A DNA stretch of 59,948 nucleotides, filler included. It is 7 parts of 7 records of this genome, joined end to end, with 100 filler letters (N's around TTAATTAATTAA, not from the genome) between each part and the next. Parts side by side here need not be neighbours in the genome. Positions count along the whole stretch, not along the records: positions 5,945 to 16,083 come from SRR31156797_15137; positions 16,184 to 25,218 come from SRR31156797_15144; 5 more parts are not named here. One strand, given 5' to 3'. Positions 8,989-19,464 of this stretch are shown piece by piece. Under the pieces are notes generated by a model. It searched no databases and was not told where the DNA came from. It was given only the letters and a program-made list of their open reading frames with translations. The position numbers and the translations under genes were made by a program. The first letter of the stretch is position 1. Every line of letters begins with the position of its first letter.

Positions 8989-10695
8989 TCAGGCCTCTTT
9001 CTTGGATTTGAAAAAGTCGATGATGAATACGAAGTTCATGATGAGCATGATCACTTCGATAACCAGTACGGTGATTCCGGTGGACGGATTGGCCTTGATG
9101 GTACCGGGCAGAACCACGGCGCTGAACCATATGATGGCCGCCGAAACGGTGATCCACAAGAGGTATGCGGGGATCAGGGCCATATTGACGTTCTTCACCT
9201 TCATCCTCTTGGCCAGCCAGGCGCTGCCCGTCAGCATGGCGATGGACGCGATCAGCTGGTTTGCCGAACCGAAGGAGGGCCAGAGCACCGTGAAGCTCCC
9301 GGACCAGGCCAGGTACATGCCGATGGCGGCGGGGATAACCGAAGCGATCCAGCTGTTGGTCAGGAGCTTATAGGCCCCTGCGTTCTTCTCTTTCAGGGGA
9401 AGGGCAAGCTCCATAACGGTGTAGCGTCCCAGGCGGTTTGTGGTATCCAGGGTGGTCATGGCGAAGGAAGAGACCCACATACCGGCGATCAGAACGACGA
9501 TGTTCCTGGGAATGAAGCTGAGCCATGTGGTCTCGACCATGGCGGCATAGGCGTTGGTGAACATGGCCGCTTTGGGGAAGCTTCCCATCATGGCGGGGGT
9601 GTACTCGCTGGCCCAGCCTGCGACGGAAATGGTCTGTCCCGCATCCTTGAGCAGTTCCATACCGAAACCGGCGATGGAAACGACCACCAGGGTGGACAGG
9701 AAACCTTCGGTCAGCATGGAGCCGTAACCGATGGGGAGGGCATCGCTCTCCTTCTCAAGCTGCTTGCTGCTGGTGCCCGATCCCACGAGGGCGTGGAAGC
9801 CGGAGAGGGAACCGCAGGCGATGATCAGGGGGATGGCCGGCCAGAAGGGGGTCGGCTTTCCGCCGGAGATGATGGGGGCGAAGCTTGTGAAGGCGGGGGC
9901 GGAGAATCCGTGGAAACTGAAGATCCCCGCGATCGCGCCGATAAACAGTCCGAAGTAGAGGAGCCAGCTGTTCAGGTAGTCCCGGGGCTGGAGCAGAACG
10001 TCAACCGGAATGGCCGACGCTATGATGATGTAGAAGAACATGACCAGGAACCAGACGTTCTTGCTGGCGGCGATGGGGAAGAGGCTTCCCAGCCAGATGG
10101 CGAGGCAGAGCAGGACGATCCCGATGACCGTGGACAGGACGAAGTTGAGCTTGACCCTGTACATCAGAACGCCCAGGATAACGGCGGCCACCAGCATCAG
10201 GATGAAGGCGGTGGGGATGGAGCCGTTGCTGATGAACATGCCCCCCAGAACGGCGCCGAAGGCGGCTATGACCAGGATGAGCAGAAAGAACACCAGCCAG
10301 TAGAAGAGCTGGCCCGTCCGCTTGGTGATCACATCGGATGCGACGAACTGAATGGAGCGGCCGTCGTAGCGGACCGAAGCCATGAGGGCCAGGTAATCGT
10401 GGACCGCGCCGATGAAGATGTTGCCGAACCAGACCCACAGAAGCGCGGGAACCCAGCCCCAGGCCATGGCCAGAACAGGACCGATGATAGGGGCGGCACC
10501 TGCGATGGATGCGAAGTGATGTCCGAAAAGTACCGGCGCTTTGGCGGGAACATAGTCAACACCGTCGTAGAGCTTCTTTGACGGAGCGTCGTTATCGTCC
10601 GTGGCCTGAACAAGATTCTTCTCAAGCCTCTTACCGTAGGTAAGGTAAAGGACGACATAGACGGCGATTCCCACAGCCAACACAATAGTAGTCAT
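8989..10695 (-). CDS. cstA: Carbon starvation protein A family transporter
   Basis: DGVDYVPA..PVLFGHHFASIAGAAPIIGP, GAVHDY, LLQPRDY, IACGSLSGFH, TTLDT, LWPSFGSANQ. AAGGAGG RBS. Confidence 0.95.
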   Translation of the reverse strand: MTTIVLAVGIAVYVVLYLTYGKRLEKNLVQATDDNDAPSKKLYDGVDYVPAKAPVLFGHHFASIAGAAPIIGPVLAMAWGWVPALLWVWFGNIFIGAVHDYLALMASVRYDGRSIQFVASDVITKRTGQLFYWLVFFLLILVIAAFGAVLGGMFISNGSIPTAFILMLVAAVILGVLMYRVKLNFVLSTVIGIVLLCLAIWLGSLFPIAASKNVWFLVMFFYIIIASAIPVDVLLQPRDYLNSWLLYFGLFIGAIAGIFSFHGFSAPAFTSFAPIISGGKPTPFWPAIPLIIACGSLSGFHALVGSGTSSKQLEKESDALPIGYGSMLTEGFLSTLVVVSIAGFGMELLKDAGQTISVAGWASEYTPAMMGSFPKAAMFTNAYAAMVETTWLSFIPRNIVVLIAGMWVSSFAMTTLDTTNRLGRYTVMELALPLKEKNAGAYKLLTNSWIASVIPAAIGMYLAWSGSFTVLWPSFGSANQLIASIAMLTGSAWLAKRMKVKNVNMALIPAYLLWITVSAAIIWFSAVVLPGTIKANPSTGITVLVIEVIMLIMNFVFIIDFFKSKKEA

Positions 10696-10815
10696 GAATA
10701 GCCTCCTTATGATTTACAGTAATTGTCAGATAAGTAAACGGATACGTCAAGGAGTTTATTATTAGTACTTTTCCTGTCAGGTTTTATTGAAATCGGGGCC
10801 GTCGCTGAAAATCGG

Positions 10816-11103
10816 TCAGCCAGGCTGCTCTGGCAGGATCTCTACATTGAAACCGGGAAACGACAGCCCCAGCGCCGCCTTCAGATCACGGCAGATGCCC
10901 TTCTCTATGACCAGGGATATCCCCGCGCAGGTCAGGCAGCCCGGGCGATGGGAACCGAAGTCGGTAAAGACGTAGATGTTCTTCCCCTCTTCATCGTAGC
11001 GGAAGCGCTTCACGACTCCGAGGCCCGAAAGAGGGAGAGCGCTCTCGGGATCCTTCACATCTTCCAGTACCCTGTCGAAGCGCTCTTTCACATCCTTCTC
11101 CAT
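10816..11103 (-). CDS. DUF59/MIP18-like (FeS-assembly-type) small protein with CxxC
   Basis: VLEDVKDPES.L.LSGLGVV matches the DUF59 V.DPE...I..LG.V motif. PGCLTC. ATG at 11103 follows a GGGAGG RBS. Confidence 0.7.
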   Translation of the reverse strand: MEKDVKERFDRVLEDVKDPESALPLSGLGVVKRFRYDEEGKNIYVFTDFGSHRPGCLTCAGISLVIEKGICRDLKAALGLSFPGFNVEILPEQPG

Positions 11104-11321
11104 ATCGTCCTCCCTATCCGCGGCCAAGGCTCCGCAGGAACTTCAGTGGTTTTCTCTCATAGGCCGGAGGGCCTGTATCGACTATAATCCCCCCCGTTGC
11201 AAAATGACAGGCTCCGCCCCCCCATAAACCAAGAAAACCCGTCCTCCGGAGAAGACGGGCTTCGCTGCGTTCATACCGCGCCGTCCCCGCGACGGGGCGG
11301 CGCCCTCATTTCATTTTCGAG

Positions 11322-12641
11322 TCAGCCGGCCTGCTCGGCCTTGATTCCGGGTTTGGCCCAGACGGCCATATCCAGCTCATTCTCCCCCTTGGAGACGAGA
11401 ACGGTACCGAGGAGGTCGCCTGTCACATTGGTAGCGGTCCTGCCCATGTCCAGAAGGGCGTCGATCCCCAGGATCATGGCGTAAGCGGCGGCCACGGCGG
11501 AACCGGCCTCGATGGTGATTCCGATGGAGTTGAGAACCATCAGAAGCATGATGGCTCCGGCTCCGGGGATGCCTGCGGAACCGATGGAAGCCAGAACGGC
11601 GGTCAGGATGATGTTGAACTGCTGCGCCACGGTTAGCTCTATCCCCACCGCATTGGTGATGAACAGGGCGCATACGCCCATGTAGATCGCCGTACCGTCC
11701 ATATTGATGGTGGCGCCGAGGGGCAGTGTAAAGGATGAGACTTTCTTGGGAACGCCCAGATTCTCAGTGGCGTTCCGCATGGTAACAGGCAGGGTGCCGC
11801 TGGAAGAACGGGTTACGAAGGCGGTGATCATCGCTTCCCTGGAACCCGAGAAGAACTTCAGGAAGCCCAGCTTGTTAACGGCCAGGAACACCCCGTAGAC
11901 CACGACGATCTGAAGGATGAATCCGAAGTAGGATGTCAGGGTCACGAGTCCGAGGGAACCGAAGGCCCTGGCTCCCTGCTTTCCGAAAACGACGGCGATC
12001 AGGGCGAACACGCCGATGGGAGCGTACTCCAGGATCCAGCGGACGATGACGTACATGACCTCGGCGGCGCCGTCGAAGATGTTGAACAGGGACTCCCCCG
12101 CCTTGCTGATCCTCTGGTCATCCGAATTGCGGACGGTCGAGATGCCGATGCCGAAGACCAGGGCGAAGAAGATAATGGGCAGGACCTGGCCCTTGGACAG
12201 GGCGCCGAAGGGATTCTTGGGAATGACGGCCAACAGGGTTTCGATGAACCGGGGCTGGCTCAGCTCCTTTCCGGCGGCATCGGCGGAAGCGGCCAGCTGC
12301 AGGCCGGCGCCGGGATGGAAGATATTGGCGGCCAAAAGACCGACCGTCACGGCCAGGGCGGAGGTCACCATGTAGAAGATGAAAACGCGCACACCTATCT
12401 TACCCAGTTCCTTGGGCTGAATACTGGCGGCTCCCACGACCAGGGAGGTCAGAATCAGGGGCATCACGATCATCTTGAGCAGATTGACCAGCAGGCTGCC
12501 CAGGGGCTGAACAACGGCGATAGAGGGACCGACGATGATACCGGCCACCGCGCCGATGATCAGACCGGTGAGAATCCGCAGCAGCAGATTCGTTTGAAAA
12601 TACCAGGAAAACAGTCCTCTTTTTTTTGAAGAATCACTCAC
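11322..12641 (-). CDS. Dicarboxylate/amino acid:cation symporter (GltP/GltPh family)
   Basis: AFVTRSSSGTLP, LPLGATINMDGT, IDALLDMGRTATNVTGD. Probable GTG start at 12641. Confidence 0.93.
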   Translation of the reverse strand: MSDSSKKRGLFSWYFQTNLLLRILTGLIIGAVAGIIVGPSIAVVQPLGSLLVNLLKMIVMPLILTSLVVGAASIQPKELGKIGVRVFIFYMVTSALAVTVGLLAANIFHPGAGLQLAASADAAGKELSQPRFIETLLAVIPKNPFGALSKGQVLPIIFFALVFGIGISTVRNSDDQRISKAGESLFNIFDGAAEVMYVIVRWILEYAPIGVFALIAVVFGKQGARAFGSLGLVTLTSYFGFILQIVVVYGVFLAVNKLGFLKFFSGSREAMITAFVTRSSSGTLPVTMRNATENLGVPKKVSSFTLPLGATINMDGTAIYMGVCALFITNAVGIELTVAQQFNIILTAVLASIGSAGIPGAGAIMLLMVLNSIGITIEAGSAVAAAYAMILGIDALLDMGRTATNVTGDLLGTVLVSKGENELDMAVWAKPGIKAEQAG

Positions 12642-12794
12642 AATACCTTTCCTCCGGGATGTAAAACAGATCACCCATTCTCGAATTGATGACTTGTCAC
12701 ACTGATTTTGATTGAATAATGCTAGGTTATTCTAATCTTTATTTAATGAATCCCGGATTAAGAATTCTTAACATAAGGAAAAATACGGGCCCCT

Positions 12795-13538
12795 TCAGAC
12801 CATATGGAGCCTGATCCCCCGGGCCGTCAGTTTCTCGCGAAAGGCCTCGGGAACGCCCTCATCCGTCACGATCCGGCCTATCCGGGAGAGAGGGGCGAAA
12901 CTGCGCAATCCCTTTTGCCCGAACTTGCTCGAATCGGAGAGCAGCACCAGCTCATCCGCCGCCTCGGCGATCAGGGACATGACCTCGGTCCTGTCTATGT
13001 CACGCCCCATGGCCCCCTCCTCAAGGGTGAAGCCGTCCATGCCCAGGAAGGCTTTGCTGAAGTTATAGTATTTGAGATAGGCCCCTATCATGGGCCCCAC
13101 CATGGTCTCGCTGTTCTTTTGAAACTCCCCGCCCAGGAGGATCACCCGCACCCCCGGGGCGTCCCGGAACTGACGGGCCACGAAGGCGTTGTTGGTCAGC
13201 ACATTGAGACGCCGGAAGCCGCAGAGCTCCCGGGCCGCCAGGGCGATGCAGGATCCGGCTTCCAGGAATAGGGTCTCCCCCTCCCGTACGAGGGATGCCG
13301 CTTCCCGCCCGATCCTCTGCTTCTCGGCAAAGCGTATCCCCATGCGCCGGGCTATGTCGTCCTCTGAGCGAAGGGTAGCCCCGCCGCGGGTCCTGAGGAG
13401 CAGCCCCTCCTCTTCCAGCAGCCTCAGGTCGCTGCGTATGGTGACAAGGGAAACCCTCAGCTTTTCCGATAACTCCTGAACGCTGGCCTCTTTCCCGCTG
13501 CTGATGAACTTCAATATCTCTTCATGTCTCTGATTCAT
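12795..13538 (-). CDS. yciT: DeoR-family regulator, YciT-like
   Basis: DeoR HTH VSLVTIRSDL..LE..G.L.R.RGGA plus DeoRC domain. Divergent from ybiY/ybiW-like genes. Confidence 0.8.
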   Translation of the reverse strand: MNQRHEEILKFISSGKEASVQELSEKLRVSLVTIRSDLRLLEEEGLLLRTRGGATLRSEDDIARRMGIRFAEKQRIGREAASLVREGETLFLEAGSCIALAARELCGFRRLNVLTNNAFVARQFRDAPGVRVILLGGEFQKNSETMVGPMIGAYLKYYNFSKAFLGMDGFTLEEGAMGRDIDRTEVMSLIAEAADELVLLSDSSKFGQKGLRSFAPLSRIGRIVTDEGVPEAFREKLTARGIRLHMV

Positions 13539-13580
13539 ATCCCGACCATTATGATCCATAATCCGCAGAATATCCACCTT

Positions 13581-13617
13581 TTTTCGTTTGAAAGCTATTT
13601 GACTTTCGTTTGCAAAG
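13581..13617. promoter_or_regulatory. Two tandem TTTCGTTTG(C)AAAG boxes, putative DeoR/YciT operator overlapping a TTGACT -35
   Basis: TTTCGTTTG at 13582 and 13604, 22 bp apart. Each box approximates CTTTC-N4-GAAAG. Confidence 0.55.
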
Positions 13618-13634
13618 CATGATACCCTGAGTTA

Positions 13635-14480
13635 ATGGAAGCCATGATCTTCGATATACAGCGTTTTTCCCTTCATGACGGAAGCGGACTGAGAACGACC
13701 GTCTTCTTCAAGGGCTGCCCCCTGACCTGCCTCTGGTGCGCCAATCCGGAGGGACAGAAACGCCGGCCCCAGCTTATGAAGAACGAGTCACTCTGCATGG
13801 ACTGCGGAGACTGCAGGGGCTGCGGGGACGCAGAGTCTCTGGGGCGGATCTGCCCCACGGGAGCTCTCACCGTCACAGGGCGTAGAATAGGCAGCGCAGA
13901 CCTGCTGCGGGAACTCCTGAAGGACGAGGTCTTTTTCCGAAGCTCCGGCGGGGGCGTCTGCTTCTCGGGGGGCGAGCCCCTGACCCAGGCCCCCTTCTGC
14001 GCCGAGCTGGGAAGCATGCTGAAAGAGAAGGATATCCCCGTTTCGCTGGAAAGTTGCCTCCACGTCCCCTGGTCATCGGTGGAGAAGGTCATCCCTCTGG
14101 TGGACGAGTTCTTCTGCGACCTGAAACACGGTGATCCCCTGGTCTTCCGGGAGCAGACGGGCGGGGACCTCTCCCTGATTCTGGATAACCTGAGACGGCT
14201 CGACGCCCTGAGCGTTCCCGTCCGTATCCGCATCCCCGTGATCTACGGATTCAACCACAGCGAAGCGGAAATCCGCTCCATCATGAAGATCCTGAAGCCG
14301 CTCAAGCATATAAAGGGGGTGGACCTGATGCCCTACCATCCCCTGGGCGCAGGGAAGCACCAGTCCCTGAATATGAGCTACCATCTTCCCCTTAACGCCA
14401 TGCCCCCCGAAGAGCTGGCTCCCTACAGAGAGCTGGCCGAGAGCTTTGATCATACCGTCACCATAGGAGGACTGACATGA
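13635..14480 (+). CDS. Glycyl-radical enzyme activating enzyme (radical SAM), YbiY/PflE-like
   Basis: IQRFSLHDG.G.RTTVFFKGCPLTCLWCANPE, a short ferredoxin-like insert, SGGEP. Confidence 0.93.
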   Translation: MEAMIFDIQRFSLHDGSGLRTTVFFKGCPLTCLWCANPEGQKRRPQLMKNESLCMDCGDCRGCGDAESLGRICPTGALTVTGRRIGSADLLRELLKDEVFFRSSGGGVCFSGGEPLTQAPFCAELGSMLKEKDIPVSLESCLHVPWSSVEKVIPLVDEFFCDLKHGDPLVFREQTGGDLSLILDNLRRLDALSVPVRIRIPVIYGFNHSEAEIRSIMKILKPLKHIKGVDLMPYHPLGAGKHQSLNMSYHLPLNAMPPEELAPYRELAESFDHTVTIGGLT

Positions 14481-16083
14481 ACCAGCGCATCGCCGACTAC
14501 AAGAAGAGAATACTCGCCACCACCCCCACCATCTGCACCGAGAGGGCCCGTTTCTATACGGAGGCCTATAAGAGACACAGAAACAAGCCGGTCATCCTCA
14601 AGAGGGCCTATGCCCTGAAGGACACCCTGGAAAAGATGAGCATCCGCATTGAGCCGGAGGAGCTGATTGTGGGTAACCACTCATCCGCCGTCTACGCCGC
14701 TCCCGTCTTCCCTGAATACGCGGTGGAATGGATCGCCAGGGAGATCGATGAGTTCGAGAAGCGGCCCGCCGACGACTATCATCCCGATGACGAGACCAAG
14801 AAAGAACTGTTGGAGATCTGCTCCTGGTGGGAGGGGGTCACGACCCTGGACAAGGGACGGGCCCTGATGAGCGAAGAGCTGCTGGCCATTCACGAGGCCG
14901 GGATCATCCGGGCCGAGGGAAACCTGACATCCGGCGACGCCCATATAGCCGCCCACTTCCCCAAGATCCTGAAGAACGGGCTTCCCTGGTACATAGACCA
15001 TACGAAGGAGCTTCTGGACAGATGCGACCTGGGCCGGGAGGAGGGCATCAAAAAGTCCAAATATTACGAAGCCACGGTCATCAGCCTGGAAGCCCTGCGG
15101 AACTTCATCCTCCGCTTCGCCGATCTGGCGGAGTTGATCCGGAAGAGCGGCGACAATCCGGAAAGGGCCGCAGAGCTTGGCCGCATCGCCGCGAACTGCC
15201 GGGCCCTTGCCGACGCCCCGGCAAGCGGATTCTACGAAGCCCTGCAGATGAGCTACTTCCTCCAGCTGACCCTGCAGATTGAGAGCAACGGCCACTCCCT
15301 CTCCCTGGGGCGGATGGACCAGTACCTCTACCCCTTCTATAAGGAGGACAAAGACGCGGGAAGGATAGAAGACGACTTCGTTATGGAGCTCCTGGAGCAT
15401 ACATGGCTCAAGCTGGTCAGCATCAAGAAGATACGATCCTGGTCCCATACCCGCTTCTCGGCGGGAGGGCCTCTCTACCAGAACGTGACCATCGGCGGAC
15501 AGCTGCGGGACGGTTCGGACGCGGTCAACGATCTGAGCTTTCTGATCCTGAGGTCGGTGGGAGAGACCAGGCTGACCCAGCCCAACCTGACGGTCCGATT
15601 CCATCCCGGATTGAACGATGCCTTTCTGGCCGAATGCATCGAGGTGATCCGCCTGGGCTTCGGCATGCCCGCCTTCAATAACGACTCCATCGTCATACCG
15701 GCCTTCCATGAGCTGGGAGTGGAGGAAGAGGACGCCTGGGACTATTCGGCCATAGGCTGTATCGAGGTCGCCGTCCCTGGATTCTGGGGCTACCGCTGTA
15801 CGGGCAAGCACTTCCTGAACTTTATGCGGGTCTTTATGGCCGCCCTCTATGACGGCACCGATCCGGTGAGCGGCAAACAGTTCTGCAAGGGTACGGGCAG
15901 CCTGAGCGATTTCACGGCCTACGAGGACCTGTGGAAGGCCTGGGACAAGCAGGTCAGATTCTATGCCAAAGCGGGTGTCTCCATAGACGCGGCCATCGAC
16001 ATGGTCCTCAGGGACGAGGCGCCGGACATCCTCTGCTCCGCCTTTACCGAGCCCTGCCTGGAGCGGGGCATGACCATCCATGA
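14477..16083 (+). CDS. ybiW: Glycyl-radical enzyme, YbiW/PflF type (3'-truncated)
   Basis: CTERA..YTE, AEGNLTSGDAH, QIESNGHSLSLGR.DQYLYP, and single-Cys loop AIGCIEVAVPG.WGYRCTG, as recalled for E. coli YbiW. Confidence 0.82.
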
Positions 16084-16183
16084 NNNNNNNNNNNNNNNNN
16101 NNNNNNNNNNNNNNNNNNNNNNNNNNNTTAATTAATTAANNNNNNNNNNNNNNNNNNNNNNNNNNNNNNNNNNNNNNNNNNNN
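16084..16183. other. Artificial contig linker
   Basis: N-run + TTAATTAATTAA + N-run. Confidence 0.99.
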
Positions 16184-19100
16184 GTACCCGAACAATATAA
16201 ACACCTGAATTCACATCCTTAGCATTCCAGTCGAAATAGTGATCTCCGGCTTCGATCATGCCGTAGTGTAACTGGGTTACAGGCTTCCCCAGAAGGTCAT
16301 AGATCTTTACCGTCAGCTCGCAATCGGCATTAAGCTGGCAATGTATTTTAGTTGTAGGATTAAATGGATTGGGAAAAGCATTTTCCATAACAAAGCCTGT
16401 TTCAGTCAGAGCATCCGGCACCGTGATCGTTACAGTCATATTTTCATGCCGGGTTTCATTATTGCCAAGATCCATATCAGCCAGCATATATGTATAGGTG
16501 TTGCCTGGGATAACACTATAATCAGTGAAATGGTGTTCCAAAGGCTCATAACTGTCTGGAAACCCTTGTCGATATAGAGCTATGAGCAGTTCATCATCTC
16601 TGTAGATCAAGGTATATTGATGATTGGTTTCCGATTCCGTTCTCCAATATAATTCAACTCCACCAAGTTTACAGGTTGCGGTAAATTCGCTCAAGGTGAT
16701 GGGCGTAGGTGTTTCAGATGTTGGGCTATTCAACCAGGCAATAGATTTACTGATCAGTGAATCTCGATCGGCATTATCTGTAAGGTCCCAAAAATTAGGC
16801 GTCATGAGGATCGTACGGTATGAACCGTTTCGTCGTTTAACGCCCACGCAATTGCCTGTACCCTCTTCGTTGAGAATAGCGTAATTGCTATCGGAACTTG
16901 TTTCGGTAATTTCATAAAGGACTTTATCCGCAGCGATGGAAAGGGCAAGACCATTTGTTATCGGATCCTGCGATACGCCGCTTATGCCGTCTCCGCTATG
17001 AGAAAAACTCGAATTAAAAGTTCCGGCAAATAGATCCCGCGCAAAAGGTGAATTCTTAGCATTCCCCAGTGAAAAACCACCCATCGCCATCACATTATTT
17101 CTTTCGGAAGCAGAACCTGCGCCCAGAAATGTTCGGATCTTTCCCGTATCAAGATAGGTAGAATAATTGCTTCCCGTGAACAATAGAAGCTTATCATAAT
17201 TGTCTAACTGAGTCTCGGTCGGAAAGCTATTATTGTCTTCATGATAGTGGTCATATTGAATACCAAGCTCATCAAGACAAGACATGATCGCTTCCTGTTC
17301 GGTGATCAGCAAGGTGCTTCTGTATGGCATGCTCGTGAGCGTATCTGAAACTGAGGTAAGTGATGTACTGCTTGCCTTAACCCTGAATTGCTCACCGGAG
17401 CTGGGATAGGTCAGGTTCATCCAAAAGGTGTTTCCGTTTGAAAATGTTTTGGTCAATCCTTCGGTTGAAGCAAGAGATGAGGAAGCCGGGGTTGTTCCAT
17501 CAAGCTGGACAGCAGATAAGGTTACCGATTCGTTAAAATCGGATGCTATGCCACCTTGATGATCCATGGCATAGATCGATATGAACATACCGTTCCCAAG
17601 TGATTGCCCGGTAAAATCGCTGCCGAGATAATAAAAATCATAATGGCTGTAAAGTTGATTCATTACAAGTGTATCGGAGACGATCGATGAGGAACTTCGA
17701 CTCATTTGTGATCCGTTCGAGGCAACGACGATATCGTTCAACCCGTTGATCTTAAATTGAAGTTTCTTTTCATTTACTCCACTAATTTCACTTTTCAAAA
17801 CTCCGCGCAGAGTAAAATTCAGTGAATCGTTGCTGGAAACACTTTTCCAGGTTGAACTTTCATTTCCCACAAAAACTTTTGAACCATAGATAGTACAGGC
17901 TGTGCTGCCGCCGTCGGAATCATCGACCTGCAAGGTAGCGAAAATATCGTTAAAGCAAATATCGCTGTCCATGGCCGGACCTTTTTGAAAAATGATCTGC
18001 TTGATATTTGTAGCAAGCCCGTCCCCGGCAAGATCCTTGATGGAAAATTCTAAAATATCCAAGGTATCTGTAGAATTGGTGGTTACCGTGTCACTTGTTA
18101 CATTTGAAGCTAAGGTGGTACAGGTGGTCGTGATGTCATTGGATACGCTAGCGCGGAGTTCATAATCATCGGTGCTGGCGACTCTGACACTGTCATCAGA
18201 GCCGGCATAGACAATATTGACCGTGCTGCGCTTCAGATCTAAGGCTATTTTACGCTCCACGTGCGTGGCGCTTCCACCACTAATGTTGGCTATGCTTTCA
18301 GCAGTTGACCATGAACCACCGATGTTGTTCGTATAATAAAGAAATGAACCGGATGAATATGTAATATGAGCTTTACCATTCTCATCGATCACGACATCGG
18401 GGAAAAGTCCACCGGCTGAGAACTGGGAAGGTGTACTCCAGGAACCGGATGTATTGTTCATGTAGTAAAGGGCGCCGGAACTTGTATAAAATGCAATATG
18501 TAAATTACCATCACTATCCGATATGATAGAAGGATGCCCGCCTTCGGCAAGACTATCCATGGCAGTCCAGCTTGAACCGTTATATTTTGAAAGCCAGATA
18601 TTGCCATCGTGTGAACCCAGAAAAAAGAGAGAATCATCAGGAGTTATTGCTGTAGCATAGTATTGCGACGTTAAGGTATTTGCAATCCTGTTCCCCGGGT
18701 CGTTCGTTTGGTAATACACGTAAGAGCCATTGTTGTCTTCCTGGGCAAATACATGCAGGTCGTTGTCGCTGTCTACCTCAACGGCACATTCGTGATAATG
18801 ATCCCAGCCCATCCCGGCGCTTTTTGTCCAAGATGCGGATGTGCGCTCAATATTATCATAGGTGTAGATATTGTGCCCGAAGCTGGCTTTGTAGTATCGT
18901 GCCGCAATCGCTGTAAATCCGTATTCATTAACAGCCAATGTGGGTACATAGATCTGTTCTTCATTTGCAATACGGGTTTGCTCAACCCATTCGCCGCTTT
19001 GGTTCGTAGCGTATTGCAGGTCTTCGCCACCGGTTGTAAAAGCGACATGAAGGTAGCCCATGAGATCGGAAGCGATCACCGGACGATCAGCATTGGTTCC

Positions 19101-19187
19101 ATAGCCCACGCTTGTATAGGTCCAGGTAGCGGCCGATAAAAGAAGGATACTTTGAATACAAATATACAGGAACTTGATCCGTTTCAT
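16184..19187 (-). CDS. Secreted protein with beta-propeller-like N-terminal repeats and a T9SS-CTD/FlgD-Ig-like C-terminal domain (3'-truncated)
   Basis: Signal peptide, repeated D..GNLHIA.Y...LYY.NN..G.WS units, PITLSEFTA...VELYWRT.SE, and NAFPNPFNPTT.I. Confidence 0.85.
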
Positions 19188-19340
19188 GGGATGACTCCTG
19201 GCGTGTGATTATTGTTTGTTTATTAAAATATAAGGGATTGAAAAGTAAGAGACAATAGCAAAGGGGGAGAGAAGTGTAGGCGTGTTAGGGTAATAGCGTA
19301 ATAGGGTCGCGCTTCTACTAACTACTAAATTCTAAATTCT

Positions 19341-19448
19341 CTAAAAATACATTCCAACTCCAACTCCAATCCAGGGTGAGCTTGAATAACTGATACCCAT
19401 CATGGGTGAAACATAGGCATGTGCGAAGAATTGTTTATAGTTGAAGCG
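19341..19448 (-). pseudogene. C-terminal remnant of a sixth array paralog
   Basis: Minus strand reads RFNYKQFFAHAYVSPMMGISYSSSPWIGVGVGMYF*. It shares the YxSP and GxGxGxxF motifs but has no N-terminus. Confidence 0.75.
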
Positions 19449-19464
19449 CTAAATCGTTGAATTG

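Noticed and set aside
14681-16081. 466-aa antisense ORF, and similar ones at 6068-6907, 8145-9011 and 9793-10581
   Set aside because: Shadow or overlapping ORFs on well-supported genes in GC-rich DNA, with no motifs of their own.
14477-16083. Pyruvate formate-lyase (pflB)
   Set aside because: Lacks the adjacent Cys-Cys active-site pair and matches the YbiW type instead.
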